A stretch of 64,000 nucleotides of DNA from Mobula hypostoma (GCF_963921235.1 NC_086102.1:155000001-155064000); one strand, 5' to 3'; shown: positions 1 through 12,513, numbered from the stretch's first letter. Numbers and translations are program-made. Notes: generated from the sequence alone by a model not told the origin.

Positions 1-821
1 TCATTCAGATTTATTGATCACATATACACGGAATCATACAGTGAAATGCACCATTTGTGTTTACAACCAACACACCTAGGGATGTACTTGTGGCAACAGC
101 ATGTGCTGCCCACATTCCAGGACCAATCTAGCACGCCTACGATGCTTGGCAGAGCAACACAGCAAACAGCAAAATGGAACACAACAAGCAACAAAACGAC
201 AACGTCATTACAAGCTCCTTCCCTCCCTCCCTCCCAGCCACCGTCCATCAACCCACACATGTGGGCAGTCCTCCAACTGCAGGACAGCACTCCAGCTTCC
301 TGGCTTCGTCCATTGGGCTTCTGACCTTCTGATATGGACTTTGAGGCTCAGATATCTGGTATCAACCCCTGTACTAACAAAGATGGAACCCTGGACTCCA
401 GGCATGAGCCCCAGGCACGCTTCAGACTGGCTTTTATGACTGTCCTGCCCCTATGTCCCCTGCTTCCATGGATCTATCCAATCCCAGGATCCACTAACTT
501 GGGACAGCCCAATATCACCTGTCCATGTCAATTGCTGTCAAACACTGAGCAGAGGGACTGGATGTCCTTCATCAACTATCCTCATCCCTGACCTACAAGC
601 ATGGAGGAGAGGCCCTTATCGACCTCCACATTGCTGGCCTTCAAACGCAGGACAGAGGCCTGACTTCTAGCTCCTCCACGTCACTGTCCCAAACCCTACT
701 CTGACTTCTAACTCCCCTGCATCACTAACTGGCCCGTAATTCCCGCTCTCTCTGAACCTTTAAAAAAAAACAGCCAAGTCCGAGCCAGGATCTTGATGGT
801 GACGCAGCTCGGCACCATCTT
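1..821 (-). mobile_element. Probable non-autonomous LINE-derived element
   Basis: On the minus strand it starts aagatggtgccg (YY1-like) and ends in an aataaa tail near position 10, like the Rex1-type tails elsewhere in the window. No coherent ORF. Confidence 0.35.
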
Positions 822-1060
822 ACCCGCGAGTTTTGTAACTTGTTTGTTGTCTGAATGAGATCTGAGTGCACAAAATCATGTTCAATTTCTTACAGCAATG
901 CTTAGCTAACAGTACAATGTCCCAATCATCCTCGAATGGTGTTATTACTATTCACAGCCTTTTTTTAAACTTTTAGATACTTACTTTATAGCCACGAAAA
1001 CTTTATAAATAGCTTGGGGTTGGCACCGAATGGGCCGCTGGCTCTGTCTCATCAGAATTT

Positions 1061-1196
1061 GGTCCTGATGAGGGGTCTTGGCCTGAAACGTCAGCTGCAT
1101 ATTCATTTCCATGGATGCTGCCTGACCTTTGGAGTCCCTCCGGCATTTTGTGTGTGTTGCTCTGGATTTCCAAGATTTGCAGAATCTCTTGTTTTT
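1061..1196 (+). mobile_element. Short Penelope-like 3' fragment with a hammerhead motif at 1061-1097 (core intact, stem I degraded)
   Basis: ggtc CTGATGA ggggtcttggcct GAAACGTC agctg, followed by the gatgctgcctg...gcagaatctcttgttt terminus shared with the other PLE copies. Confidence 0.7.
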
Positions 1197-1322
1197 GAAT
1201 AAAAGGTGATGTAATTCCACTAGTCTCTGTGCAATAGTTGTGAAAATGCTGCAGTTATTAATTATATGGATTACAACCATAATATTTATTACCTCATGTC
1301 AAACATATTTGCTTTTCACCAG

Positions 1323-1439
1323 GGAATGGCACTGCTTGTAACAGAACATGGGATGGCTGGCTGTGCTGGGATGATACTCCTCCAGGGACAGTGGCTGTCC
1401 AACGGTGTCCAGATTATTTTCAAGACTTTGATCCATCAG
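1323..1439 (+). CDS. calcrl: calcrl coding exon, extracellular hormone-binding domain part 1
   Basis: Acceptor ttttcaccag, donor gtaaga; 117 nt, phase 1/1. Translates [38 protein letters not shown], with the class [16 protein letters not shown] and CPDYF motifs. Not called by the ORF track in this frame. Confidence 0.95.
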
Positions 1440-2809
1440 GTAAGAACACCCATTAAATCATCATTCTCAGCTGAAGTAATCACCGTGCTAACTTTTGGCA
1501 AAGTTCAGGTTAAAAGACCAATCATCTCCATTAGTTTTGCCTAATCTCAGCAGCAGCTGTGCTTCATATTTCCTTTCATAATTTTTCCTTAGTATGTGAC
1601 AGGCATGAACAGAGGAAGTTCAGAGCTGCAGTGTACTGGCCCTGATTTTAAATACATTTGGCAAATGGATCACAGGAAGGCTGTTTCTGTGGCAGTACAG
1701 GCAGGTTAGTTCAGAGCTGGCAAACTGAAAGAAGCAGCTTCTGAATTGATTTATTGTCCAAAAGAATGAATTGCTCAGTCTGATTGGAGAACTGCCATAA
1801 AATATTGTAAAGTTGTAAGACCCATGTGTTTTCCCCTCCTGCGTTGAAGGGCTCACTATTTATTACCGTAACACCCTTCCGACACTTTACTTTAACTGGC
1901 TCACAATAGTATACAGGGGTACGTCTATGATGTGTCTTTTTCAGGATGTCATCACTCCCTGTATGTTTGTCCAGATGTGAATATTCAACAGCTGCAGAAT
2001 GAACATAGAAGGCAGAGTAGGCCACTATATCTCTTTAAGCCTTTTCGGACATTCATTGAGATTATGACAATTTTGTAACTTTACTTCAAATACCTGTCTT
2101 TTTCCCAACTCCCTTAATACTTCTGCTTAGCATAAAGCTACCTAACAACTGGCGAAGAACCAACTGTTGTTTACAGAAGGAAGTGCATAATGTTCATTTT
2201 TGTTTTTAGTATTGTATTCTTTCTCAATGTCACTAATTTTTAGGCCATATCCCCTATTTGTGCACTCACAATCAGAACAAATGGTTTCCATCTATGACTT
2301 CCTCTGCTTTCAAGGTTGCTATATCCTTCCAAAGGCATGATGTTCAACTGAACACAATCCTCCAAACAAGTTGTTTTAGCTGCAGTGTAATTTATAAGAA
2401 CTTGTATCCTACTCATGTAAATTTCAAACTCACTACTCAAAGCCTTTAAGATTTTTTTCAAAGGTCTATTTAATCTTAACAATCTTAATAACAAAGGGAC
2501 AAAGCCCCCTTTACCACAAAGAACTTTAATAATATCCCTTAACTCATGAAGTTGCAACAACTGAGTTTCTGTATACCTGTAATTCAGGTCATGGAAGAGG
2601 TTTGGAGACCTGCAGAATTTTGTAGTACTATGTACACCTACTGTAGTCATTTCCGTAGACGTGCATTTGGGAAGTTCAGGTAAGGTTGGAATCAAGCAGT
2701 TGACCGATGCATATATCTATCAACAGGATGGAACAGCCCATCTGATCCGATGAGCAGCATACCCAGTAAACCAAGAATTTTACACTATTTTAATCACAGT
2801 ACAATTTTA

Positions 2810-3000
2810 CCAAGACCGATTAACCTACCAACTGGTACGTCTTTAGTCTGTGGGATTGCTTCCTCTGGAGCATATGGAGGAAACCCACGCAGTTACGGGG
2901 AGAATTTACAGAAACCTTACAGAAGGTGCTGGAAATGATTTGCAAATTCCCAGGCCCTGAGCTGTAACAGCATTGTGCTAACTGCTGTGCTAATATAGTG
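2810..3000 (-). mobile_element. SINE remnant (V-SINE/HE1-like)
   Basis: Contains the ggaggaaacccacgcagttacggggaga core; similar decayed copies at about 11350-11540, 16620-16900 and 42375-42477/45748-45810. Confidence 0.5.
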
Positions 3001-4115
3001 CCCCTTTTATGCGGCACCTTATCAAACACCTTCTGGAAATCCAAGTACCCCCCCCCCATCCACTATGTTCATTGCATTCTCAAACTGCAGTGAGTTTGTC
3101 AAATAGAACCTTCGTAAATCCATGCTGTGCCAGCCTGATGGAGCCAGTTCTATTCAGATGTCTTGCTAATTCTTAATGGTAGCTTCAAGCATTTTCCCAC
3201 CTATAGACATTAAACTGCTGACCTACAATAACCTGCCATTTGCCTCCATCTTTTGTTTTGAAACAATAGCGTGACATTCAGTGTCTTCCAATCCACTGTG
3301 CTGGGATTTGTAAGCCCCTCAAGTCAACTGCCATCCCACTCTTACATGCATCAGATACAGTATTTCTTGGTTTATCTCTATGCCATGTAATATTTTTATT
3401 CAGTGGCCTGTAGTTAATTCCCACCAGAGATCTTCCCCCTTTACTATTCCCTGTCTATATCCAGATGGACTCAACATTCTGCTCTTTAGATCTTATATCA
3501 CCTCTCACAATCACCCAGATCTTAATGTTAATTATCAGCGCGATTCCACCTCCTTTACCTTCATGCTTTTCATCGAGTCATAGAGCACTGCAGCACAAAA
3601 ACATGCCCTTCGGCCCATTTAGTTCATGCTGGATTGCTATTTTGCCTGGTCCTATCGACCCGCACCTGAAGGATAGCCCTCCCGTTCATGTACTTATCCA
3701 AACTTCTCTTAAGTGTTGCAATTGAATCTGCATCCACCACTTCTGCTGGCAGCTTGTTTGACATTAGAACTACCTCCAAGGAAAAAAGTGCTCCCTCAAA
3801 ATATTTTATCTTTTGCCCTTAATCTCTGATTTATTCTCATCCAACCTGAGGGGAAATAGCCTGCAAGTATGCTCCTTATCTATGCCCTTCATAATTTTAT
3901 ATACCTCAAGAAGATCTACACTCATTCTCATGTGCTTCAATGAATAACGTCCTAACCTGTCAACCTTTCCCTATAACACAGGTCCTCAAGGCCTGATGAC
4001 ATCCTTGTAAACTTTCTCTGTGCTTTTTCCATCTTATTGATATCTTTCCTGTATGTGGGTGACCAGAACTACACACAATACTCCAAATTTGGCCTGACCA
4101 AAGACTTTTACAAGT
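3000..4115 (-). mobile_element. CR1-clade LINE ORF2 and 3'-end fragments
   Basis: Minus-strand YLDFQKVFDKVPHKR RT motif near 3000-3050; a CR1-type 3' end at about 3575-4115. Confidence 0.6.
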
Positions 4116-4789
4116 TTGTTTCCTACAGTATTACCCAATACCCTTGGATATTTAATTCCCAATTATCTCCAACCTGCAACATTTCTGTGATGGCCAGCAA
4201 GTCATGTCCATTTGCACTAATTTGTGATATTAATTCACTGACCTTGTCTCAAATACTATGGGTGTTCAGATAGAGCGCCCTTACACTCATTAACCTTTAA
4301 GGATCTAGTAACTTCTGTGTCTTTTGCATTTCACCTTTCTGTATGCTACTCTGACTTACCTGAATTTTTGCTTCAGTCTCTGCATTGCTTCTCTTGCCAG
4401 CCTCATTAGGCCCATTGTCTTTTAGTCTCCGTTCTTCCAACACAATAATCCTACGTTACTCAAATTCTTTTTCATTGCATTTCACCTTTCCTTTGAGTTT
4501 CTACACTATAACTTCTCAAATTCCCTTCTTAAAACTTGCTTCATTCCTTCTTTTGAAGTTAGTCCTTAAAATTTGCTTTTGAAAAGAAACTGCTGTAATA
4601 TTATGATGGGATGAGTGTTTGAATCTTGTGAAAAAGGCATGTCATTAACATCCTTTGTGACTTCTTTTTACACTGATGGCATTATATGTTGCTCTTTCCC
4701 CTACTTACCGTGAAGTACCTGAAGGTAAATATGTTTCCCATTATTCAACGGCATAAGTGGACCAGAATACTTTTGTAGCAAAAAAAAAG

Positions 4790-5425
4790 CCACACGAGGA
4801 ACTTAATCAGAATATATGGAGGAAGTAAACAGCCAATTTTTCAGATTGAGACCCTTCATCTGGACTGACACAGCAGAGCAGAGATAGTCAGCATGAATAG
4901 TTGAGGCCAAAGGGTGTGTCAAGAGCTGGCCACAATAGGTGGAGACAACTGATAAGGGGTTGATTGGCAGATGAAGTTAGGTGGGGAGGAAAGGGCAGAG
5001 AGAGTGATGAAGACTTGGAGGCGATAGGTGGAGGTGACAAATGGGAGAAGATTATAAAATCTTAAAAAAAGGAAGATGAAGAGGGTAACCAAATAAGGGA
5101 GGTGGGTGGGCAGGGAGAGGGGTAAGCAGTGTGTGAGGGGTAGAGGGGAAGAAAAGTGCATAAAAGGGGATTGTGTGTGTGGTCTGGGAGAAGAGTGTGT
5201 GTGAAAGGACCTAGATTGCTCAGAAGGGGAAATAAAGAGACAGAGAGGATGCTGATTTCCTGAAACTGGAGTATTCACTGTTCTTGTAGTGCAATATGAG
5301 GTGATGTCCTTCTATTTTGCATTTGACCTCACTGAGCAGTGGAGTTCAAGGGCAGACTGTTTGGCATAGAAATGAAAGTTGAGCTAACTTGCAACTGGCA
5401 GCTCCAATTGTCCATTGTGGACAGA
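4790..5425 (-). mobile_element. Old, diverged Penelope-like 3' fragment
   Basis: Same order as the 6931-7500 copy: decayed hammerhead (gagacccttcatctggactg), purine-rich tract, end of GIY-YIG. Confidence 0.55.
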
Positions 5426-6992
5426 ATAATTTGTGTACATATGCCTTCAGGCTCAAGCATCTTTGCATATTTCATTGAAACTGAATGTACCTAATAGGAA
5501 ATACTTCCAATCTAACAAATTTAATCTTGGATGCTTACTTTATACCAATGATTAAAGTAAAAGCCTTGACAGTAAATTTGGTGTATAACATGAAAAGTGA
5601 TAGTATCTACTAACATGAAAATAGGTGGTATATTATGCTTCCTTGCTGGAGCTTGGTTAAAGACATGGGTACAATAACACCATTTAAAATGTATTTGGTC
5701 AGAAGGTTTATAGAGACCCAGGCCAAACACAAGTGTATAGGACTGGCTCAAATAGTCATCTAGGCTGGCATGGGTGGGTTGGGCTGAATGGCCCATTTCC
5801 ATGCTATATAAATCTATGATGCTATGACTCTGAGATCCCCTAAATAGAGTAACTGCTTTTTACTCTGTGGGAAGATGCTCAGAAACCAAAAATAAATGAA
5901 TTACAGATGCAATTTCCAAACCTGATAAAATGAAGCAAAGCAGGTATTGGTTAGTGTGATGGGTTCTGCTCATTGTAATAAGGCCACAGCTTCTTTGAAG
6001 ACTAAATTACATTATTTTGAAATAAAAGGAACATGAGAAGGTAATTCCAATGTCATTAATCTGCATCAAGAAATGTTACAGCTTTATAGCCTTGAGCATA
6101 TTCTAAATTCAGATTGAATGTGTATTGACCGTTACATTCAGATGCTGTCAGATAGGGATGATGAGCGCCTTACCCCTTGTGTATTCATCGAGATTGAATA
6201 CTTACTCAAGGATAGAACATTTCATAAATGGATCAAATTTATTTTATTTATTCATCTTTAGCTATAGGGCTTCATTTTGATTAATACACACAGTTCTTCA
6301 AACATTTAACAACATTACAATTATGGTAAATATTCTGATTTCTGAAAGTACAGTGGATTCCAGTAAATTGGGCCATTGCTTAAACAGGGCAGCTGTTTAT
6401 TTGGGACAATTCTTAAAGAAAAAAAACTTATCAAGAAAATAGCCATTGTTTATTTGTGGCACTGTGCCACCTAATAGCGACAGAAGACTGTTACCAAACA
6501 ATTTCTAACTAGCATTAGATATGTGGACTTGCATAGCCGTTTTACACTACACTGTGGTTAGAGTGAATAGTTTTTAAATAGTCTCATTTGCATGTGCTTG
6601 TATTTTAAAAAATCATTAATTTTTGTCACTGATAGTTGGTGAGAAATAAGCAGTAAGACCATTTACTGCGGTTTCAAGCATTCAGGCTTGGAAATGCTAA
6701 GAATCGGCCAGGAGTGAAAGTGAAATATTTTCACTATTTCAGCAAGTTGGGAACTATGAAAAAGTTGAAGGTATCAGCAATCATCTTGACTGTTGCAATG
6801 AAAATGAAGAGTTGAAGGATGTAATTGTCAAAAATTGTATGAAGGCAGTCCATTACCTACACTAGATGTTTGCATTGATTTTGTTCATTGGCAGTGTTAG
6901 TCCTCCATTGATAACAATAGGGAACTAATAGCAACACACATCAAAGTTGCTGGTGAATGCAGCAGGCCAGGCATCATCTCCAGGAAGAGGTA

Positions 6993-7030
6993 CAGTCGAC
7001 GTTTCAGGCCGAGACCTTTCGTCAGGATTA
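6993..7030 (-). ncRNA. Minimal type I hammerhead ribozyme motif (core intact, one stem I mismatch)
   Basis: Minus strand reads TAATC CTGACGA AAGGTCTCGGCCT GAAACGTC GACTG. Confidence 0.7.
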
Positions 7031-7320
7031 ACTGAAGGAAGAGTTAGTAAGAGATTTGAAAGTGGGAGGGGGAGGGGGAGATCCAAAATGATAGGAGAAG
7101 ACAGGAGGGGGAGGGATGGAGCCAAGAGCTGGACAGGTGATTGGCAAAGGAGATATGAGAGGATCATGGGACAGGAGGGCCAGGGAGAAAGACAAGGTGG
7201 GGGGGGACCAGAGGATGGGCAAGGGGTATAGTCAGAGGGACAGAAGGAGAAGAAGGAGAGTGAGAGAAAGAATGTGTATAAAAATAAGTAACAGATGGGG
7301 TACGAGGGGGAGGTGGGGCA

Positions 7321-7760
7321 TTAGCGGAAGTTAGAGAAGTCGATGTTCATGCCATCAGGTTGGAGGCTACCCAGACGGAATATAAGGTGTTGTTCCTCCA
7401 ACCTGAGTGTGGCTTCATCTTTACAGTAGAGGAGGCCGTGGATAGACATGTCAGAATGGGAATGGGATGTGGAATTAAAATGTGTGTCCACTGGGAGATC
7501 CTGCTTTCTCTGGCGGACAGAGCGTAGGTGTTCAGCAAAGCGGTCTACCAGTCTGCGTCGGGTCTCGCCAATATATAAAAGGCCACATCGGGAGCACCGG
7601 ACGCAGTATATCACCCCAGCCGACTCACAGGTGAAGTGTTGCCTCACCTGGAAAGACTGTTTGGGGCCCTGAATGGTGGTAAGGGAGGAAGTGTAAGGGC
7701 ATGTGTAGCACGTGTTCCGCTTACAAGGATAAGTGCCAGGAGGGAGATCAGTGGGGAGGG
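7321..7760 (-). pseudogene. PLE GIY-YIG endonuclease with Cys-rich linker
   Basis: PCKRNTCYTC linker is in frame with VIYCVRCSRCGLLYIGETRRRLVDRFAEH...RLEEQHLIFRLGSLQPDGMN. Confidence 0.9.
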
Positions 7761-7829
7761 ATGGGGGGAACGAATGGACAAGGGAGTCGTGTAGGGAGCG
7801 ATCCCTGCGGAAAGCAGGGGGTGGGGGAA

Positions 7830-8360
7830 GGGAAAGATGTGCTTAGTGGTGGGATCCCGTTGGGGGTGGTGGAAGTTATGGAGAATAATATGTTGGACCC
7901 AGAGGCTGGTGGGGTGGTAGGTGAGGATCAGGGGAACCCTATTCCTAGTGGGGTGGCGGGAGGATGGAGTGAGAGCAGAGGTGCGTAAAATGGGGGAGAT
8001 GCGTTTGAGAGCAGAGTTGATGGTGGAGGAAGGGAAGCCCCTTTCTTTGAAAAAGGAGGACATCTCCCTCGTCCTGGCATGAAAAGTCTCATCCTGAGAG
8101 CAGATGCGGCAGAGACGGAGGAATTGTGAGAAGGGGATGGCATTTTTGCAAGAGACAGGGTGAGAAGAGGAATAGTACAGATAGCTGTGAGAGTCTGTAG
8201 GTTTATAGTAGACATCAGTGGATAAGCTGTCTCCAGAGACAGAGACAGAAAGATATAGAAAGGGGAGGGAGGTGTCGGAAATGGACCAGGTAAATTTGAG
8301 GGCAGGGTGAAAGTTGGAGGCAAAGTTAATAAAGTCAATGAGTTCAGCATGCGTGCAGGA
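7830..8360 (-). pseudogene. PLE reverse transcriptase C-terminal/thumb region, truncated and frameshifted relative to the endonuclease
   Basis: FHPALKFT, LPFL(Y)LSV, TDVYYKPTD, SSHP and AIPFSQFLRLCRICS motifs in ORF 7644..8399. Confidence 0.88.
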
Positions 8361-8847
8361 AACTAATAATAATAATAGGGAACTAATATATAGTTTCATA
8401 ATACTGTAGTAGTATTGATTGTGTTTTAATTGTTCTGTATTTCATTTAAATACAGAATTTTTTACTCAGTTAAACGATGGTTTTTTAAAAATACCGTTTT
8501 AACTGTTTCCATGAAAATTTGGTTAATTGTGGCATCAGCTTAATTGTGTCAAAATGTACTGGTCACAATATGTCACAATTAACCAGAATCCACTGTATAT
8601 CATAAAAATTGCAAACCAGGGAAGAACATTTGTAAAGCAGACCCACTGATTTCATTCCTGATGAGTAACATTTAATGCATCTCCAAAAGAATAACGTAAC
8701 CAACCAGAATCCTCAGCAAGGATGAAACAAATTCAGTATTGCAGAGTACAATAATATTTTGTATAGGGTTTACTGAAAGCTGGATACTCATATTATAAAA
8801 GTTGCTGGTGAACGCAGCAGGCCAGGCAGCATCTCTAGGAAGAGGTG

Positions 8848-8885
8848 CAGTCGACGTTTCAGGCCGAGACCCTTCGTCAGGACTA
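8848..8885 (-). ncRNA. Minimal type I hammerhead ribozyme motif (intact)
   Basis: Minus strand reads TAGTC CTGACGA AGGGTCTCGGCCT GAAACGTC GACTG; stem I is UAGUC/GACUG. Confidence 0.8.
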
Positions 8886-9716
8886 ACTGAAGGAAGATTG
8901 AGTAAGGGATTTGAAAGTTGGAGGGGGAGGGGGAGATCCAAAATGATAGGAGAAGACAGGAGGGGGAGGGATGGAGCCAAGAGCTGGACAGTTGATTGGC
9001 AAAAGGGATACGAGAGGATCATGGGACAGGAGGTCCGGGAAGAAAGACAAGCGGGGGGACCCAGAGGATGGGCAAGGGGTATATTCAGAGGGACAGAGGG
9101 AGAAAAAAGAGAGTGAGAGAAAGAATATGTGTATAAAAATAAGTAACAGATGGGGTACGAGGGAGAGGTGGGGCATTAGCGGAAGTTAGAGAAGTCTATG
9201 TTCATGCCATCAGGTTGGAGGCTACCCAGACGGAATATAAGGTGTTGTTCCTCCAACCTGAGTGTGGCCCATTCCCATTCTGACATGTCTATCCACGGCC
9301 TCCTCTACTGTAAAGATGAAGCCACACTCAGGTTGGAGGAAAACCTTATATTCCGTCTGGGTAGCCTCTAACCTGATGGCATGAACATCGACTTCTCTAA
9401 CTTCTGCTAATGCCCCACCTCCCCCTCGTACCCCATCTGTTACTTATTTTTATACACACATTCTTTCTCTCACTCTCCCTTTTCTCCCTCTGCCCCTCTG
9501 AATATACCCGAATATACACCTTGCCCATCCTCTGGGTACCCCCCCCCCGCCTTGTCTTTCTTCCCGGACCTCCTGTCCCATGATCCTCTCGTATCCTTTT
9601 TGCCAATCACCTGTCCAGCTCTTGGCTCCAACCCTCCCCCTCCTATCTTCTCCTATTATTTTGGATCTCCCCCTCCCCCTCCAACTTTCAAATCCCTTAC
9701 TCACTCTTCCTTCAGT

Positions 9717-9754
9717 TAGTCCTGACGAAGGGTCTCTGCCTGAAACGTCGACTG
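9717..9754 (+). ncRNA. Minimal type I hammerhead ribozyme motif (intact, sense to the calcrl pre-mRNA)
   Basis: TAGTC CTGACGA AGGGTCTCTGCCT GAAACGTC GACTG; predicted cleavage after GUC at 9749. Confidence 0.8.
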
Positions 9755-10678
9755 CACCTCTTCCTAGAGATGCTGCCTGGCCTGCTGCGTTCACCAGCAA
9801 CTTTTATGTGTGTTGCTTGAATTTCCAGCATCTGCAGAATTCCTGTTGTTTACTCATATTATTCCACTTTTATGTAAGGAGTTCTGTTTGGGATTGACAA
9901 TAACTTAAGTGCTACAATAGCACTTGGAATTTGCTTGTAACTATGAATTTTTTTTGTAATTATATTATTGATACCATTTCTTAATGCTAAGCTTCAGTTA
10001 CCAATAAAAATAATCTTTATTGGTAACTCATCTTTTTCTCATTATTCCTAAAATTTGGAAAAGTTGTACTTAATATTTAGTAGAATAACCAGTGAATCCA
10101 TTATTAATAAAATGTAGTTCATTAAAATTTTGAACTATTAAATATATTTGTCTATAATATTAAACCACTAAATATATTTGTTTATTATATTAAGAATAGC
10201 CAGTGTAGCAACTGTCATGATACTTAAAAGCTAAATTTTTAAAACTAGTTTTGATATTTAGTATTTAAGTATTTAAATACACTATTAACAAAGTTGTTTA
10301 TGATTTCAAACCAAACGGAAACTGAGGATATCGTATTTTCCTTTTCCATTAATAATGTACAGCCTAAGAAACTCAATCTGTGGCTTTAGGCCATTTTTAG
10401 ATGATTAATAAAAGGTCTCATTGAGTAGGTATCTGCAAATGGAAAGAATAAATGTGAATGTAATTAATATTTATGCAATGGGAGTTTGTTGTGGCAAACT
10501 GTACATTCGCTGCACCTGCAGACTTTTTTCATATTGCAGGTTCGCCTGCTGTTTAAAGTTAATTTCAGCTTTCCATTCTGGTAGAACTATTATTTCTCTT
10601 AGCATAACTTTACAGTAAGTTTTAGTATGATGTTTATTATACTTTGGGTGATATTTATTCTGCTCATTTCTTATATAG

Positions 10679-10791
10679 AGAAAGTAATAAAGATTTGTGA
10701 TGAAACTGGAAAATGGTTTCGACACCCAGAGAGTAACAGAACCTGGACGAACTACACACAGTGTAATGCACACACAAAGGAAAAGCTAAAG
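10679..10791 (+). CDS. calcrl: calcrl coding exon, extracellular domain part 2
   Basis: Acceptor ttatatag, donor gtagaa; 113 nt. Translates (E)[37 protein letters not shown]. Confidence 0.96.
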
Positions 10792-10880
10792 GTAGAATTG
10801 CCGTTTGCAATTCATTGCTTCATTTATAATTAATAGAGAATAAGTGTATAATAATGAACCTTATTTTCTTGTCAATACAG

Positions 10881-10972
10881 ACTGCATTGAATCTATTGTA
10901 CTTGGCAGTGATTGGGCATGGATTATCAGTGGCTTCGCTGCTGATTTCTCTCGGCATATTCTTTTACTTCAA
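10881..10972 (+). CDS. calcrl: calcrl coding exon, TM1
   Basis: Acceptor caatacag, donor gtaagt; 92 nt. Translates [30 protein letters not shown](K). Confidence 0.96.
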
Positions 10973-12315
10973 GTAAGTATTTCACAGTTTTTTTTGTCTA
11001 TGTTACTGATCCATTATATGGATGCTCTTTGAGCCTGAATGTGATGCATTGGAATAGTAGACTCTCTTTAAGTAGCCAAGCAAAGAGTATGCTTGTATTG
11101 TGATGTTGATACTATTCAATAATAAAACAAATTTGTGTAACCTAAATGTCAATGAATGTTATTTTTCTATTTTATTTAAATAGCAAGCTAAATATTCAGC
11201 ATGGGTACATATGCAGAATATTTTTCATATACTCATAGCAGTTCAGAAAGAGATCATGCATCCCATCTGATCCAGGGGAGCAATCTCATCAGTCCCATTT
11301 CCCTTCTTCTCATTTCCCTGTAACTCTGCAATTTACTCCCTTTACACATGCCCAACAACTCCCCATTCAATCCCTTAAGCCGTTTAACTGTGTTAGGGCT
11401 AATTTACTGGAGCCAATTACCCTACCAATGCTTCTGGAACATGGGGGAAATCATATGCAGTAACAAAACATGTGCAAACTTTGCTCAAGCAGCACCAGAG
11501 GTCGGGATTGAACACAGATCTCAGGAGCTGTAATGCATTTTATAGACTGGTGTTGAAAATGTAAGGTCCAACTGAAATAAAAAAAATTGCCAATTTGTGC
11601 TTTGCTGGCTTCTGTTATGTATATCACTGTTATACACTTGCTGTACGAGATTAATTGGGAGTCAGAAATGCTGCATTGCACTTTTAAATTCTCTGCTAAA
11701 TTCTGTGTTGCTGTGAGTCCCAGATAGGAAATGGAGATATGCAAGACAAAGCGTCTGGCTGGGTTTACATGGGTGTCACCAAGATAGGTACTGAAGAATA
11801 TTAGAACTTTGCGCAAGTTACTAATTAGTAAAAGAGAAAAGACATCAGGTCAGGACAGTACATTTATTTGTTAGTAATCTCATTTCAAAGAAGGGTCAGA
11901 GATTAATTACTCACTCCTGCTGAAAACAATGATAGTTGTTTATCTTAGATTTATCTTGCGACACCACTTCCTTGCAGTGGATCTACAGAGGAAATGTAGT
12001 AGCATGTCATTTGTAAAACTCTGATGCACTGATTTGCTTTCTGACATTTGCAGAGTAGAAAGAAAAAATGTTTTCCACCAAGGATTTAAGTTCTTTAGTG
12101 GCCCACTGCTTTGAAGGGAAGAGGTGCTCTGAGAGCCCTATTATATATTATATACATCAGATTGCTGCAAATCAGGTCACTCAAAACGTTCTTCTCAACA
12201 AACACTTCTGGTCACTGAGTACTGGATTACTGGTGTCTTATTATACTAGTCTTGATTCCCACACTAATGTGAAATGCTGTTTATAGGTAGCTGCGGAAGA
12301 TGATAATGATCAGGC

Positions 12316-12513
12316 TGTTGTTGTTCCTTTTCATGCCTCGTGGTGCATTGGGTGGCATTTTTTTTGCCATTTGCTTAGCATCTGTCTGTTTTTTATGAGC
12401 TGGATTGCTAGCTCGATGCTCAACCCAGCGTGGATGGAAAGCACAGCTAGGTTCAAACCTGGGACCATTGGCCTTGAAGTCCTGGTGCTGATCCCATTAC
12501 ACCACCGGCTGGC
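12316..12513 (-). mobile_element. tRNA-derived SINE
   Basis: Minus strand starts gccagccggtggtgtaatgg (A box) then ggtttgaacc (B box) and ends in an (aac)n tail. Confidence 0.55.

Larger units (their letters stand above)
6931..8373 (-). mobile_element. 5'-truncated Penelope-like retroelement (Neptune-type)
   Basis: Order is RT C-terminus, Cys-rich linker, GIY-YIG endonuclease, then a 3' UTR with a hammerhead. 15-bp TSD aatagggaactaata at 6916-6930 and 8374-8388. Confidence 0.9.
6351..8595. mobile_element. Tc1/mariner (pogo/Tigger-like) non-autonomous DNA transposon, interrupted by a PLE
   Basis: TIRs cagtggattccagtaaattggg and cacaattaaccagaatccactg, each flanked by TA. Confidence 0.75.
8797..9850. 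mobile_element. Fold-back (palindromic) PLE 3'-end insertion
   Basis: Arms at about 8795-9268 and 9321-9807 are reverse complements around a 52-nt spacer. 12-bp TSD tactcatattat at 8785-8796 and 9851-9862. Confidence 0.9.

Noticed and set aside
2240-2695. A mitochondrial insertion (NUMT) explaining the unassigned ORF
   Set aside because: I see no mitochondrial protein, rRNA or tRNA motif in the frames I read.
6931-8373. An autonomous, active PLE
   Set aside because: The RT catalytic core is missing through 5' truncation, FLD reads FLY, and RT and endonuclease are out of frame.
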